Source of the DNA: Candidatus Bathyarchaeota archaeon | GTDB taxonomy: Archaea; Thermoproteota; Bathyarchaeia; Bathyarchaeales; Bathycorpusculaceae | Length of the DNA stretch: 64,000 nucleotides | Assembly: GCA_963707955.1 (NCBI GenBank) | Contig: OY970176.1 | Coordinates: 800,001 to 864,000 of the forward strand | Direction of reading: 5' to 3' | Shown: one piece after another, positions 9,748 to 19,932 of the stretch | Layout: every line of letters begins with the position of its first letter | Position numbering within the stretch: the stretch's first letter is position 1 | Position numbers and translations under genes: made by a program | The notes under the pieces: generated by a model | The model's input: only the letters and a program-made list of their open reading frames with translations | What the model was told of the DNA's origin: nothing | The model's database searches: none

Positions 9748-10681
9748 GTTAACACCGAACAGCCGTCCGCAACGATCAAAACAGTGTGCTCTGCTTGGGC
9801 AACTGTTTTTCCGCTCGCTTCGACGAAAATCGGATACTTCATCAAGGTCTTCGATGCCAACAGTTCGTCGAAGGTTCTCTGTAATGTTGTTGAGGCACGA
9901 CATTCTGCAGCCAACGTTCCGTAAAGGGTAAAGTTCTGAAGTTGTCCTCAATGTACTTTTGAAGTTCTCTCGCATGTGGGTTTTTCGCAGACCTCGACCT
10001 GAGAAAACGGAAAATCGTGGCTTCGTCACCGTTTTCAACTCTACCCGCAGCGTTTGGAACGGTTACGAAAGGTTCGATAGCATACACGCCGCCTAACTTG
10101 ATTTTTGTTGAAAAAAGCTGTGAAACGTTTGGCAACGACGTGCCAGTGTGCACAACGTACCGACCGACCTGATGACCCGTCAAGTTAGAAATGGGTTTGA
10201 AACCGCGAGACTTGATTACACCCTCTATCATCGTCCCAAGCTTTGACGTGGACGTTCCTGGGTGAATGTTTTCGACGGCAGTCTTCAAGGCGCGTTCTGC
10301 CGTTTCTACCAAGCTTTCGTATTCGATGTCAAAACACACCGTAACTGCGGTGTCAGTCAGGTAGCCGTCGATGTGGGCGCCGATGTCCACCTTGACCAGG
10401 GACTTCTCGGGGATTCTTCTTTTGTCATTCGGTGGAGACGTGTAATGCGCAGCAACCTCATTCACGGAAACGTTACATGGAAACGCTGGTTTTGCTCCCT
10501 TCTGCCTTATCAGGCCCTCCGCTTTCTCGCAGATGTCAATGATCGGCATGCCCTCACGTACATAGTTTTTCATTTCTTCTCGCGTCTCGCGCAGAATCTT
10601 CCCTGAGAGGCGAAGCTTTTCAAACGCTTCCTTTTCAGATTCGCTCATCAAAGTCACTTTTCCAGACATGTGATCTTGCAC
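9744..10681 (-). CDS. map: Methionine aminopeptidase type II (1-nt frameshift near 9874)
   Basis: AAHYT, KVDIGAHIDGY, NLTGH, AIEPF motifs; the C-terminus (YPIFVEASG..AQAEHTV) continues in another frame to TAG at 9744. Confidence 0.92.
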
Positions 10682-10682
10682 T

Positions 10683-11813
10683 TTACCTTTTTATGTGGAA
10701 TTTTCCTATTACGTCTCTTGCTTTTTCACGCTTCTTCTGATGCCCAGCAAGAAACTTGTTGACTCTTTCAGCGAGTTCTTTCTTGCACTCGCCGCACAAG
10801 ACTTCGCCAGCCTTGCAGCGTCTCTTCCTTTCTGCAAGTTTCTCGTCATCCTCCTCGAATAGATAGAGGAAATATTGAAAGACTGTGCAGACATCGGGGT
10901 CGGCGCCCTCTTTTCTTTGTTCAGCGACTGTTCCTTTCCCACCTGTAAATGCCTTCCAGATCTTCTGCGCGACCAGTTCAGGCGGGTCTGTAGTGAATAT
11001 GGCTGTCTCAGGCTCTGAAGCGTTCATCTTTCCACCAACGCCCAATCCTGGCAAGAAGCGGTTGTGGATTTGGGCTGGCTTGTAGTACCCAAGCTTCTGG
11101 GCGATGTCTCGTGTGATCCTCCAGTAAGGGTCCTGGTCAATCGCTGCGGGTATAAGAGCGGGAACGTTTTCACCAGTTAGTTTCTTATGTATGAAACAGG
11201 GCACTGCTTGGACAGCTGGCCAGAACACCCAGCCGAGGTTTGTGCTGTCCTGAAAACCAAAGGTCGCTCTTGCCGTGGAATATGTTATGCGCTTGGCAAC
11301 TTCCAACGCAATGTCGTAGAGAAGATCGATGTCATCAACATCGTAGATGATGAAAGTGTTCTTCGGTTCGAAGCCCAGCGCAACGAGGTCCAAAGCGTTC
11401 TCATAGCCCAACCTCGTGGTTTCAGACAGGATGCGATCGTCGTCTACCACGAACTTTTCATCGTCGGTCATCTGGAAGTAGAGCCTCGCGTTAAACGCGT
11501 CTTGCAGGTGCTTCGTGAAAATCCAAGGGACGAGATGTCCAATGTGAACAGGGCCCGAAGGGCCTCGGCCCGTGTAAAGCACGAACTTGACCCCTTTGTC
11601 GTACAAGTCAAGAACAACGTCCAGGTCCCTGTGAGAAAAGAACAGTTCCCTGCGCAGCTGAAGATGAACGCCGCCCGTGTACTTGGCAAGTCTTCGTCGA
11701 AGCCCTTCGGTTAAGGGCTCGGTTCCAAACTCTCGGATCAAACGTTCATAGTCGACCTTGCCCTTCACTTCCCAAGGAGTAACGACCATTTCGTTTTTTT
11801 CTTCATCAGTCAA
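10683..11813 (-). CDS. trpS: Tryptophanyl-tRNA synthetase (copy 1)
   Basis: YTGRGPS, HIGH, AIDQDPYW, KMNAS, C-terminal CGECK. Confidence 0.95.
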   Translation of the reverse strand: MTDEEKNEMVVTPWEVKGKVDYERLIREFGTEPLTEGLRRRLAKYTGGVHLQLRRELFFSHRDLDVVLDLYDKGVKFVLYTGRGPSGPVHIGHLVPWIFTKHLQDAFNARLYFQMTDDEKFVVDDDRILSETTRLGYENALDLVALGFEPKNTFIIYDVDDIDLLYDIALEVAKRITYSTARATFGFQDSTNLGWVFWPAVQAVPCFIHKKLTGENVPALIPAAIDQDPYWRITRDIAQKLGYYKPAQIHNRFLPGLGVGGKMNASEPETAIFTTDPPELVAQKIWKAFTGGKGTVAEQRKEGADPDVCTVFQYFLYLFEEDDEKLAERKRRCKAGEVLCGECKKELAERVNKFLAGHQKKREKARDVIGKFHIKR

Positions 11814-12051
11814 GCCTTATGCCGCCTGCGCAGTCAGCTTCCTTATACAATCTATGGAAACATATTAAATCTTGCGTGAACGAAAGCTCGTAGCAATGCG
11901 GCTGCGCCTTTAACAAGAGCAACCATGCTATGCATTCCAGAAAGCTTCAAAAAGTTTAAACATGTCCATTCACTCATTTATGTTGGGTAATGCGTTGGAC
12001 TGGCACTAGTCTCCATCAATGAGTCGCCTATTTTTCTAGTAGTTCCTCTGA

Positions 12052-13215
12052 ATGTTGTCAGTTTTGCGCCACAGAATTCTCTTGAAAGAAAAGGAGGAAA
12101 GATACCTGCAGTCAAATTCTGATAAGAAAGCAGTGGTTGATCCGTTTGGAACAAGTTCAGTCACAGATTATGAGCGGCTAAGCGAAGAATTTGGGATCGA
12201 ACCGTTTGCAACAGCCTTGCCAAGAGTGCCTGATCCATCATTTCACATGAGACGCGGAGTGATCTTCGGCCACAGAGACTTCGGCAGAATCCTGGATGCA
12301 ATGAATGCGAATGATAATTTTGCTGTTTTGAGCGGGATAAAACCGACAGGTGAATTTCACTTAGGCACGTTGATGACGGCGAAGGAGATTATCTACTTTC
12401 AGCAGCACGGTGCTCAGACATTTTACTGCATTGCTGACATAGAAGCCTATGAAGATAACAAAATCCCCTTTGAAAAAAGTGAAAAAATAGCTGTAGAAAA
12501 CGTTGCAGACATGCTTGCACTTGGACTAGATCCAGAAAGAGCATACATTTACCGGCAGTCTAGAGAAAACAGGGTCAAGGACTTAGCTGTGATCCTTGGC
12601 AGACCTTTAACTTTGGCCACGATGAAAGCGATATACGGTGAACGACACATCGGTCTATACCTTGCGGCTTTGATTCAAGCCGGAGACATTCTCCTTCCTC
12701 AGCTCGAAGATTTCGGAGGTCCTAAACCCACTGTGGTTCCTGTGGGTGTTGATCAGGATCCGCACCTTCGCTTCACCAGAGACTTGGCTCGGGTTTTTCA
12801 TCGGAAATACGGTTTCATCCCTCCCTCCTCAACATATCATAAGCTTATAAGAGGACTAGACGGCTCCCCGAAAATGAGCAAACGGCAAATGAATTACTTC
12901 ACTTTGCATGACAAGCCCGAAGTCATTGTGCGGAGAATATCTAATGCTTTTATCGGCGGAAGACCAACTGTCAAAGAACAACGTGAGCTCGGCGGGGTTC
13001 CAGAGGCGTGCCCGATCTATGAGATGTGTCTTTTCCATTTTACGAAGGACGATCGGAAAATCGCCGAAACCTATCATGACTGCAAGACTGGAAGACTGCT
13101 GTGCGGAGACCATAAGAAGCAGGCGATTGATGCAGTGCTGAAGTTTGTGAAGGAACACGCACGGAAAAGTAAGAGGTTTATTGACGAGGAATATGAAGTA
13201 CTTGGAATAGACTAG
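12052..13215 (+). CDS. trpS: Tryptophanyl-tRNA synthetase (copy 2, divergent paralog)
   Basis: SGIKPTG, HLGT, GVDQDPH, KMSK, CGDHK; real start may be CTG 12106 after AGGAGG. Confidence 0.9.
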   Translation: MLSVLRHRILLKEKEERYLQSNSDKKAVVDPFGTSSVTDYERLSEEFGIEPFATALPRVPDPSFHMRRGVIFGHRDFGRILDAMNANDNFAVLSGIKPTGEFHLGTLMTAKEIIYFQQHGAQTFYCIADIEAYEDNKIPFEKSEKIAVENVADMLALGLDPERAYIYRQSRENRVKDLAVILGRPLTLATMKAIYGERHIGLYLAALIQAGDILLPQLEDFGGPKPTVVPVGVDQDPHLRFTRDLARVFHRKYGFIPPSSTYHKLIRGLDGSPKMSKRQMNYFTLHDKPEVIVRRISNAFIGGRPTVKEQRELGGVPEACPIYEMCLFHFTKDDRKIAETYHDCKTGRLLCGDHKKQAIDAVLKFVKEHARKSKRFIDEEYEVLGID

Positions 13216-13535
13216 CGCGCACTATGATTAAAAGGGTTTGTTAATTCCTCGTGGGATTTGAGTCCTTGTTAACTGTCGTGGGATGAAGCGATACTGTTGG
13301 CTTTTTCATGACGACTAGCCTCGTTTACCATCAAATCTTTCAACATTGTTAGGTTGAAAAAGCAGGATTCAGAAACCGCTCTCACGCTATTGAGCTTGCC
13401 TTGATGAAACTTATGGAAAACGAAAAGAAGGAAATGGCCCCGCGTGCGCTTGCTTTCTTCTTCTGCCAAACGGTGCCCAATTCTGGTTTCTTAGCGCGAG
13501 TGCTAGAGCCTATGAACATTGCGCAACGCGCGAAA

Positions 13536-14033
13536 TCAATATGATTCTAGTAGTCCGAAGGTTTTTAAACGGTCTCTCAGATTTCTGATTCTGTCACTAG
13601 CTTCGGTAATATCTCCAAGTAGTCTTTCAAAGTTGCGGACGTTTAGGTTTATGAGCTCATGGAGGGCTACGGGGTTGTCTGGTAAATCGTACAAGCTTGG
13701 GCTGGTTCCAGCCTCTCTAGAAGCTTCAACAATCCACTCTTCGAGCCTTGGGCACAATATGAGTAAGTGATTGTTTAGCCATCTATATTGCAACAGTCTT
13801 ATCTTATGTGCCTCATCGATCTCAGTTGCTTGAAATTTCTTCAAGTCTGGCAATTGAAGGCTTCTGGGGTCTTCATCAACCATTCCCACCGAATTTTCGT
13901 AATTAGTATGTCTCACACCTCTAATCAGCTTCCTAACCACACCTGACTTGTTCCCAGCATGTTCAATCCTTTCTGTGGGAACACCCAAGATGCTGAGCAG
14001 TGTTAAGTCCGCTTTGCATTCCACGAAGAGCAT
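13536..14033 (-). CDS. TOPRIM-like (DUF4435/DUF3226-like) protein
   Basis: N-terminal FVECKAD, GNK, DEDP and LEEW acidic motifs; 5 nt downstream of the AAA ATPase gene. Confidence 0.65.
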   Translation of the reverse strand: MLFVECKADLTLLSILGVPTERIEHAGNKSGVVRKLIRGVRHTNYENSVGMVDEDPRSLQLPDLKKFQATEIDEAHKIRLLQYRWLNNHLLILCPRLEEWIVEASREAGTSPSLYDLPDNPVALHELINLNVRNFERLLGDITEASDRIRNLRDRLKTFGLLESY

Positions 14034-14038
14034 CTACT

Positions 14039-15049
14039 TCAGTCCTTTGCGCCCAACAATTTTTGGAGGTTAAAGAAAACATCCGATCCCATCCTGAGGA
14101 TGTCTTGTTTTTGGCTGTCATCTAATTCTCTTGCCTTTGTCTGATAGTGATCGAGATAGGTTACAAATGCAGACAGATCATCCTTTTCTGTTTTTTCCAG
14201 CAAAGATACCAGAAAATAGGGGTTGTGCGTTGCGATGAAATACTGATTCTTGTTTGGATCTACTGCTATTCTTTCGGCAAGATACTTCGTATAGTATGGA
14301 AAGGCATGTGCCTCTGGCTCCTCAAATGAAATCACACAATTCTTGTTTGAGTAGATTGCAGCGAGGTAGAATGCTATTCTTTGCAGAGTTTCCGAAGACA
14401 GAGAATAGGGAAACGAGATTATTACGTCCTCAAACTCCTTTTGAATTTCTATTTTCCCTTCTGGAGGTTTGAAAACCATTCTGTAACCAAATGCTCCGAA
14501 CATCTCTCCGAAGATTTTTTTTAGATCTTTCCGCGTTAGAATCACATGTAGTAGGTTATCGCCATCTGGTGGCATAAGGAACTCTGCTTGGGGATCCTGA
14601 AAACTAACTTTTTTGTTGAATCGATAAAACCTAAAAGGTGTCACTTGTGTGCTAAGTTGAGGCATGAGTTGCGATTGGCCGCCCCCATAACCATACTGAA
14701 ATACTTGTGTTCGGAAAGCCAATGGTGAGTCAGCAGGGCCAAGCCTAAAAGTTCCAACGAACGTCCCGTTGCTGAATTCCATCTTCAAATAGTTGAGCCC
14801 AAATTCCACTTCAACAGGATTTTCTAAGACATGATCGTAGAACAAATCAATCATGGTTTCAAATCTGATAAATTGCCCAATGTTGCGGAGCCTGCCCTGA
14901 CACAGGTGAGACATTAGACCTATTGCTTCCAATATGTTGGATTTTCCGGTATTGGGTTCGCCGATAAAGACGTTTACACGTCTGCATTCGAGAGTCAGTT
15001 CTTTGACTGATTTGAAGTTGCTTATTCTCAGTTTTGTGGTAACTATCAT
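14039..15049 (-). CDS. ABC/AAA_15-AAA_21 family ATPase
   Basis: ISNFKS, GEPNTGKSNILEA, FEEPEAH, ATHNPY. Confidence 0.9.
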   Translation of the reverse strand: MIVTTKLRISNFKSVKELTLECRRVNVFIGEPNTGKSNILEAIGLMSHLCQGRLRNIGQFIRFETMIDLFYDHVLENPVEVEFGLNYLKMEFSNGTFVGTFRLGPADSPLAFRTQVFQYGYGGGQSQLMPQLSTQVTPFRFYRFNKKVSFQDPQAEFLMPPDGDNLLHVILTRKDLKKIFGEMFGAFGYRMVFKPPEGKIEIQKEFEDVIISFPYSLSSETLQRIAFYLAAIYSNKNCVISFEEPEAHAFPYYTKYLAERIAVDPNKNQYFIATHNPYFLVSLLEKTEKDDLSAFVTYLDHYQTKARELDDSQKQDILRMGSDVFFNLQKLLGAKD

Positions 15050-15321
15050 CTAGTTTTCAGCCTCTCTCGTTTAGAATAGTTGCTTCGGACCTAATATGAA
15101 GGTTTGTGTCGCTTGTAGATATGCTGTGTATTTCCGCGCACGCTCGCGCTAATACAAATCCACAGTGGTGCGTCGTAATTCTAGTCAAAGACACCAAAAG
15201 GTGAGTGCGCGCTTTAGCGTTTTCCAGTATCTTCATTCTCTTCGTCATTCTTATTACCGCTCCTCAGCTCCTAGAATCCCAGTGATGTTTAGGGCGCGCG
15301 CTTGAGTCTCAGAATGTCAAT

Positions 15322-16251
15322 CTATATTGGCTTCACTGCTCTAAGCTTTCCATATGCCCTGGCTTTAGGGTTGTCCACTTTTTTGTAAGAACCTGAAGTT
15401 CTATCATATTCAGTCTCAAGCAGATAAACGTCCATTCCAACTCTTAGATTATGTCGATCCAGATTTCCGACTGAACCCAAATAGGGATTGGGTTGCTTTG
15501 GAAAATATTTATCTACGTTTCCTTTGTACCAGAAAACAATAATTGCTTCAATTTGACCGTTTTTCCGAGAGTATATGGCACCCCGACGAGCGTCGTAATT
15601 TGAAATACCATGCCTCTTGTCGAAACTCGCTCGGCTTTCATTCAACGGCTGTACGTCTTTGAGGTACAGTCTGTAACGTACTTTTGGCATGCGAAATTCT
15701 CTAGTTTTTGTGACGCCTTTGGCATGAGCGCCACAGATTTTCTGATAATACTTAATGTAATCGTCTATCAGAGGTTCTGATTTAGGCAAGACTTCATTGT
15801 CAAAGAAACTCACGATATCTCTGATAATTTGCTGCTTCGTATTTCCCTCAACGAGTATGTTCGCCTCGATATTGTTGCCCGTTCCCCCAGAGGTCAAATT
15901 AGAACTTCCCATAATCACTCTTACACTATCCCCATTTTGGAAAACGAATAATTTTGGGTGAAAATCAGCCTTGCGAAATAAGCCTAAATTAAAGTTCACA
16001 TAGTTGTTATCCAACTTCTTGAGGTCGAATAAAACTTTAGGGTCGGTTATGTGGTACTCTGGACACGCTCCAACCAAGAAGTCTACACTTTTGCCATCGT
16101 CGAGCGCCGTTTGTAGGTTTTTCTCTATTTCACTGTAACCACCCTCTTTCAGAAAGGCAACTGCAATTTTGATTTTTTCTGCAGTAGTTATGCCGTTTCG
16201 AAGTTCCTCAGCTATCTGCGATCCTCTCAGGAATCTCCGAACATCTGTCAC
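15322..16251 (-). CDS. Phospholipase D-like (HKD) nuclease domain protein
   Basis: IAVAF, FHPKLF, GSSNLT, NIEAN motifs, plus an unknown C-terminal domain. Confidence 0.85.
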   Translation of the reverse strand: MTDVRRFLRGSQIAEELRNGITTAEKIKIAVAFLKEGGYSEIEKNLQTALDDGKSVDFLVGACPEYHITDPKVLFDLKKLDNNYVNFNLGLFRKADFHPKLFVFQNGDSVRVIMGSSNLTSGGTGNNIEANILVEGNTKQQIIRDIVSFFDNEVLPKSEPLIDDYIKYYQKICGAHAKGVTKTREFRMPKVRYRLYLKDVQPLNESRASFDKRHGISNYDARRGAIYSRKNGQIEAIIVFWYKGNVDKYFPKQPNPYLGSVGNLDRHNLRVGMDVYLLETEYDRTSGSYKKVDNPKARAYGKLRAVKPI

Positions 16252-16435
16252 GGTTTGACCAGCTCAGGCGCGCGCTAGAAATCTTCTCTTGCCATTTGTT
16301 GACCATAGGTCAGCAATGACTTAATAAAATCTACTGTGTTAGTAGCGCGCGCTTTAAGCTCCTAAGAGTTAACAAAACCTCCACCCGCTAAGTTTATGGG
16401 CTTGTCCGCGCGCTCGCTAGATATAGAGGAGTAAC

Positions 16436-18010
16436 ATGAGCGACCAAGCAATTGCCGAATTGACAAAACTGCTCAACGAATCAACAGAGGTAAGCCGCCA
16501 GAGAATCTTTTATGTCCTAGATTATGCCGTGAATTATTTCAAAGGTGAACGCAGAATCCCCAAAATAACACACGAATTTCCGACTGAAGTGCAGAAACTC
16601 AAAGAAATGGAGGTAGTCGAAGAAGCCCCGTTATACTGGAAAGGGAACAAATATCTTAGGATCTTTGTAAAGGCTGAAGCCGCTGTCGAGATCTCAAGAT
16701 TGTTGAAAGAGCGATATTATCCAATTTTCACTCTAGATGCTGTGACCGTAAGAATACGAGAGTCAGTCATAAGCGCATTTCCAGCCGCAGCAAGATTGTG
16801 GAGCGGAGTGCAACAGTTCAAGATTGACGAGTATACACTTTCGGAGCCAAGCCTCTACAACCAAGAAGCTATGAACTTCGGCGAAAAATTGATGGCTGCT
16901 GGACTTTGCTATCTGATTGGATATTGGTCGGTAAGCTGGATAAGCTATTCCGACGAGATCATTTTCAGGAAAGAGCCCATTGACGTACGCGATGTCTTCT
17001 TAGAAATCGTTGAGAATGAGATGACAACTGCACTTTCCTCATTTTCAGCAGAGATGAAGTGGTGTCTCTTTCTCAAACACGTCAATCCAAAAGCAGATGA
17101 AAGGTTCTTCTTGAAAAATTCAACGACCTCTTTCTTGCCTAATCAGATAAAGAATGCGCTGGCCAAGCTGCCTTCCCCAGAAATCGCAAAATCCAAGGAG
17201 GCTGTAGAAAGCATCCTAACAGAACAAAGAAAAAGGCTATCAGAAACAATAAGAAGTCTTATTAATCGTGATCCAACAACTGTTGCCGTTCTTGGAACAT
17301 TGTTCACATTGAGCAGGGAAGAGGAGAAATATCGTAAGGTAGATTCATTTTCGTTGGGCAAGATCAAAGAGACCTTGAGGAATTACGACGATTTTGAACA
17401 ATACATTGCATACTTCAAGAGTCTGGGAATTGTCCTGGAATCAACCAACGGCGAAATTCTCATTCCAAAAATAACATGGGAAATTTTCTGTGATGAGATC
17501 AAAGGACGAGCAGTTGAGGTTAAAATTTTCGAAAGCGAACTGGATGGTCAAAGCTTCCTGGAAGAAACCATGAGCAAGGCGACTTCTAGCGTCAAAATCT
17601 GGGATCCATATCTTTCGACGAAAACGCTGACTATACTTGAGAGATCGATCAGATCAAACAAAGTGCAAATAGATATTCTGTCTTCTCATCCAGAGGTTAT
17701 TCCAGATATCATTCATTTGCTGAAAGAAGGAGTTAAAATTGCAGGCAGGTTTGTCTACACCAAGAAAGAAAAGAGTTATTGGTCTCCATGGCACGACAGG
17801 TACTTGATGATTGATACTGACAATGTTTGGCACATTGGTCCATCTCTTCATGCAGCAGGTCAGAAAAAATGGGAAAGTGCTGAACTCTTTGCAAGGGATC
17901 TTGGAAGGCTCATAGCAGATGCATTTAAGTTCAATTTTCGGAAGAACAAAGAGGACTGGGACAGCGAAGGATACACTATCGATAAAGTCGGTCTTGAGGG
18001 TAGTTTCTGA
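16436..18010 (+). CDS. Hypothetical protein with C-terminal PLD-like domain
   Basis: IWDPY, WHDRYLMID, IGPSL motifs at the C-terminus. Confidence 0.7.
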   Translation: MSDQAIAELTKLLNESTEVSRQRIFYVLDYAVNYFKGERRIPKITHEFPTEVQKLKEMEVVEEAPLYWKGNKYLRIFVKAEAAVEISRLLKERYYPIFTLDAVTVRIRESVISAFPAAARLWSGVQQFKIDEYTLSEPSLYNQEAMNFGEKLMAAGLCYLIGYWSVSWISYSDEIIFRKEPIDVRDVFLEIVENEMTTALSSFSAEMKWCLFLKHVNPKADERFFLKNSTTSFLPNQIKNALAKLPSPEIAKSKEAVESILTEQRKRLSETIRSLINRDPTTVAVLGTLFTLSREEEKYRKVDSFSLGKIKETLRNYDDFEQYIAYFKSLGIVLESTNGEILIPKITWEIFCDEIKGRAVEVKIFESELDGQSFLEETMSKATSSVKIWDPYLSTKTLTILERSIRSNKVQIDILSSHPEVIPDIIHLLKEGVKIAGRFVYTKKEKSYWSPWHDRYLMIDTDNVWHIGPSLHAAGQKKWESAELFARDLGRLIADAFKFNFRKNKEDWDSEGYTIDKVGLEGSF

Positions 18011-18420
18011 CTTTAGCGCGCGGTTATTGAAGTTTTGCGCCACACTTTGGGCACTTAAGAGGATAGTTTTCTTTGCTTATCATTTTCAATCCACAGCCGA
18101 AGCAGATACAAATCTTGCACGTTGGGCAATAGTAGTTGCCGCCTTGAATGCGAGTGCCGCACATGCTGCAAAGCTTGGTTAAGCAGTCATCAGGCATTTG
18201 TTACGCCCGGTGAAAGCAAGATTGGCTATATTGAAGAACGCATGGCTTGAAGGTTAAAGGCGGTTCGTTGATGCAACATTCTTGAGAAATGGTGAGAGTA
18301 GAGTAAAAGTGAACTACTTTCTAACTTGAATGAGTTTGTCTCTGACCGCCTCTGCGCGCGCTTGAGATTAAGATTCGGAATTCACAACCATATTATGTGT
18401 GTGGTCAGTAAACGCTAGGC

Positions 18421-19419
18421 ATGAAAACAGTCGCAACCATTACCATTGGGATTTTACTGGTTGCCGTCGGGGTGCTCGCAGGCTTTCTTGCTGCTCCAAT
18501 TTTCCAATCAAACACTTCGACATATACAGGTCCCGAGTACTTGATAATATCCAACATGGATGGTGTTGTCGGACCCGATGAATGGATTGCAGTGACAGTT
18601 AACAATACAGGGATTGCTGCGTCGACAATAGCCAAGGTCTTGGTGAACAACGTTACGCAGATGTCAGTCAACCCATCGCTTCCGCTGACAGTTGCAGAAG
18701 ACGGCGGCGTCGTCCTCAACATCACGATGAATGTTGCTGAAGAAAGTTATCAGATAGAGCTGCTAACATCGAGGGGAAATTCGTTTTCAATTTCCACTCA
18801 AGTCACTTCTGGCGTCATACTGACCCCGGCAAACGTCAATTTCTACGGAACCGCAAATGACAAAATAGATATTGACATAGAAAACACGGGAACTTCTGAC
18901 GCACACCTAATCCAGGTCTACGTTGGGACATCATCGTCAACGTTGCAGAATGAAACGAACTCATCTCTTCCGGTAACGTGCGCGGCAGGCCACGTAGTGA
19001 GAATTACGGTGGACTATAACTGGACGTCAGGCGGAACGTACTACTTCAAAGTCATAGCTCAAGAGCAGATCCTAGGACCATGGGCAGAGCAAGCACCAGT
19101 AACATACGACTTTATAGGAACCACATCTATAACAATCACCGACGTCAGTTTTACAGGAAACAGCGGCCAAGGCAACAACACGATCGTCCTAACTCTGAAG
19201 AACACTGGAACTGAGCAGGTGACTGTCGGCCAAATAAAAGTTAACAACATCATAGCATCCTTTGACACAACCAATGCGACATTACTTTCAGGAGCCAATA
19301 ATGTGTTGCTAACAGTCTACAACGTCGGTTGGTCAAATGGAAACCCGTACAAGATTGACTTGTTTGATGCTAGTGGTAACGGAGTGGGTTCCACTCAGCA
19401 GAACGCGCCTGGAGCATAG
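18421..19419 (+). CDS. Membrane-anchored surface protein with three tandem beta-sandwich (pilin-like) repeats
   Basis: N-terminal TM; three units each with xNTG...I.xV.V(N/G) and Y.I/F.L motifs; many N-x-S/T sequons. Confidence 0.7.
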   Translation: MKTVATITIGILLVAVGVLAGFLAAPIFQSNTSTYTGPEYLIISNMDGVVGPDEWIAVTVNNTGIAASTIAKVLVNNVTQMSVNPSLPLTVAEDGGVVLNITMNVAEESYQIELLTSRGNSFSISTQVTSGVILTPANVNFYGTANDKIDIDIENTGTSDAHLIQVYVGTSSSTLQNETNSSLPVTCAAGHVVRITVDYNWTSGGTYYFKVIAQEQILGPWAEQAPVTYDFIGTTSITITDVSFTGNSGQGNNTIVLTLKNTGTEQVTVGQIKVNNIIASFDTTNATLLSGANNVLLTVYNVGWSNGNPYKIDLFDASGNGVGSTQQNAPGA

Positions 19420-19663
19420 ACTTGGCATGAGTGTAGAAGACTACAGAAGGAAACTTTCAAGCGCGTCCTAATGGATTCGTCGTTCACGCGCGCGCTCGCA
19501 ATGGGCTCGACCATTGAGCAGTCCTATGGAGAATTGAGAAAACCAAGTATATAATATAGAATTGGTTTGCCCTGTTTTCCATAGGACAGTCTAAGCAGGC
19601 TAAGACGTTGATGCAAGGGCGTGTGCAAGAGAGCAAAATCGTTGCGTTCGCTCAGCGAGCGAT

Positions 19664-19777
19664 TTAGTATTCTTCCCTCTTCCAGATGTTGTACGGGCAC
19701 TGTCTCCAGCAGTACGTGCTGCCCTTGTAAATGCAACCCTGACATTCAAGTCTGTCAAACCGCCTACGCCTGCTCAT
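19664..19777 (-). CDS. 37-aa Cys-rich micro-protein
   Basis: MSRRRRFDRLECQGCIYKGSTYCWRQCPYNIWKREEY has CxxC-x7-CxxxCP. Confidence 0.5.
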   Translation of the reverse strand: MSRRRRFDRLECQGCIYKGSTYCWRQCPYNIWKREEY

Positions 19778-19932
19778 AAACAGACTCTCAATACCCTAAT
19801 GAACTTCTTTCTCATTAAGGCTTAGATTTTGTCGGAGCGTGTAGTCCTGGCGCGCGCTCTGAATGGGAACGAAAACAACGGCGTAACTCATTTATTTCTC
19901 ATCACGCTTTTAACCCTTTTACTATTCGCGCG

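Noticed and set aside
9860-9885. Frameshift in map as programmed recoding
   Set aside because: No slippery heptamer seen; a single missing base in an essential gene is best explained as a sequencing indel
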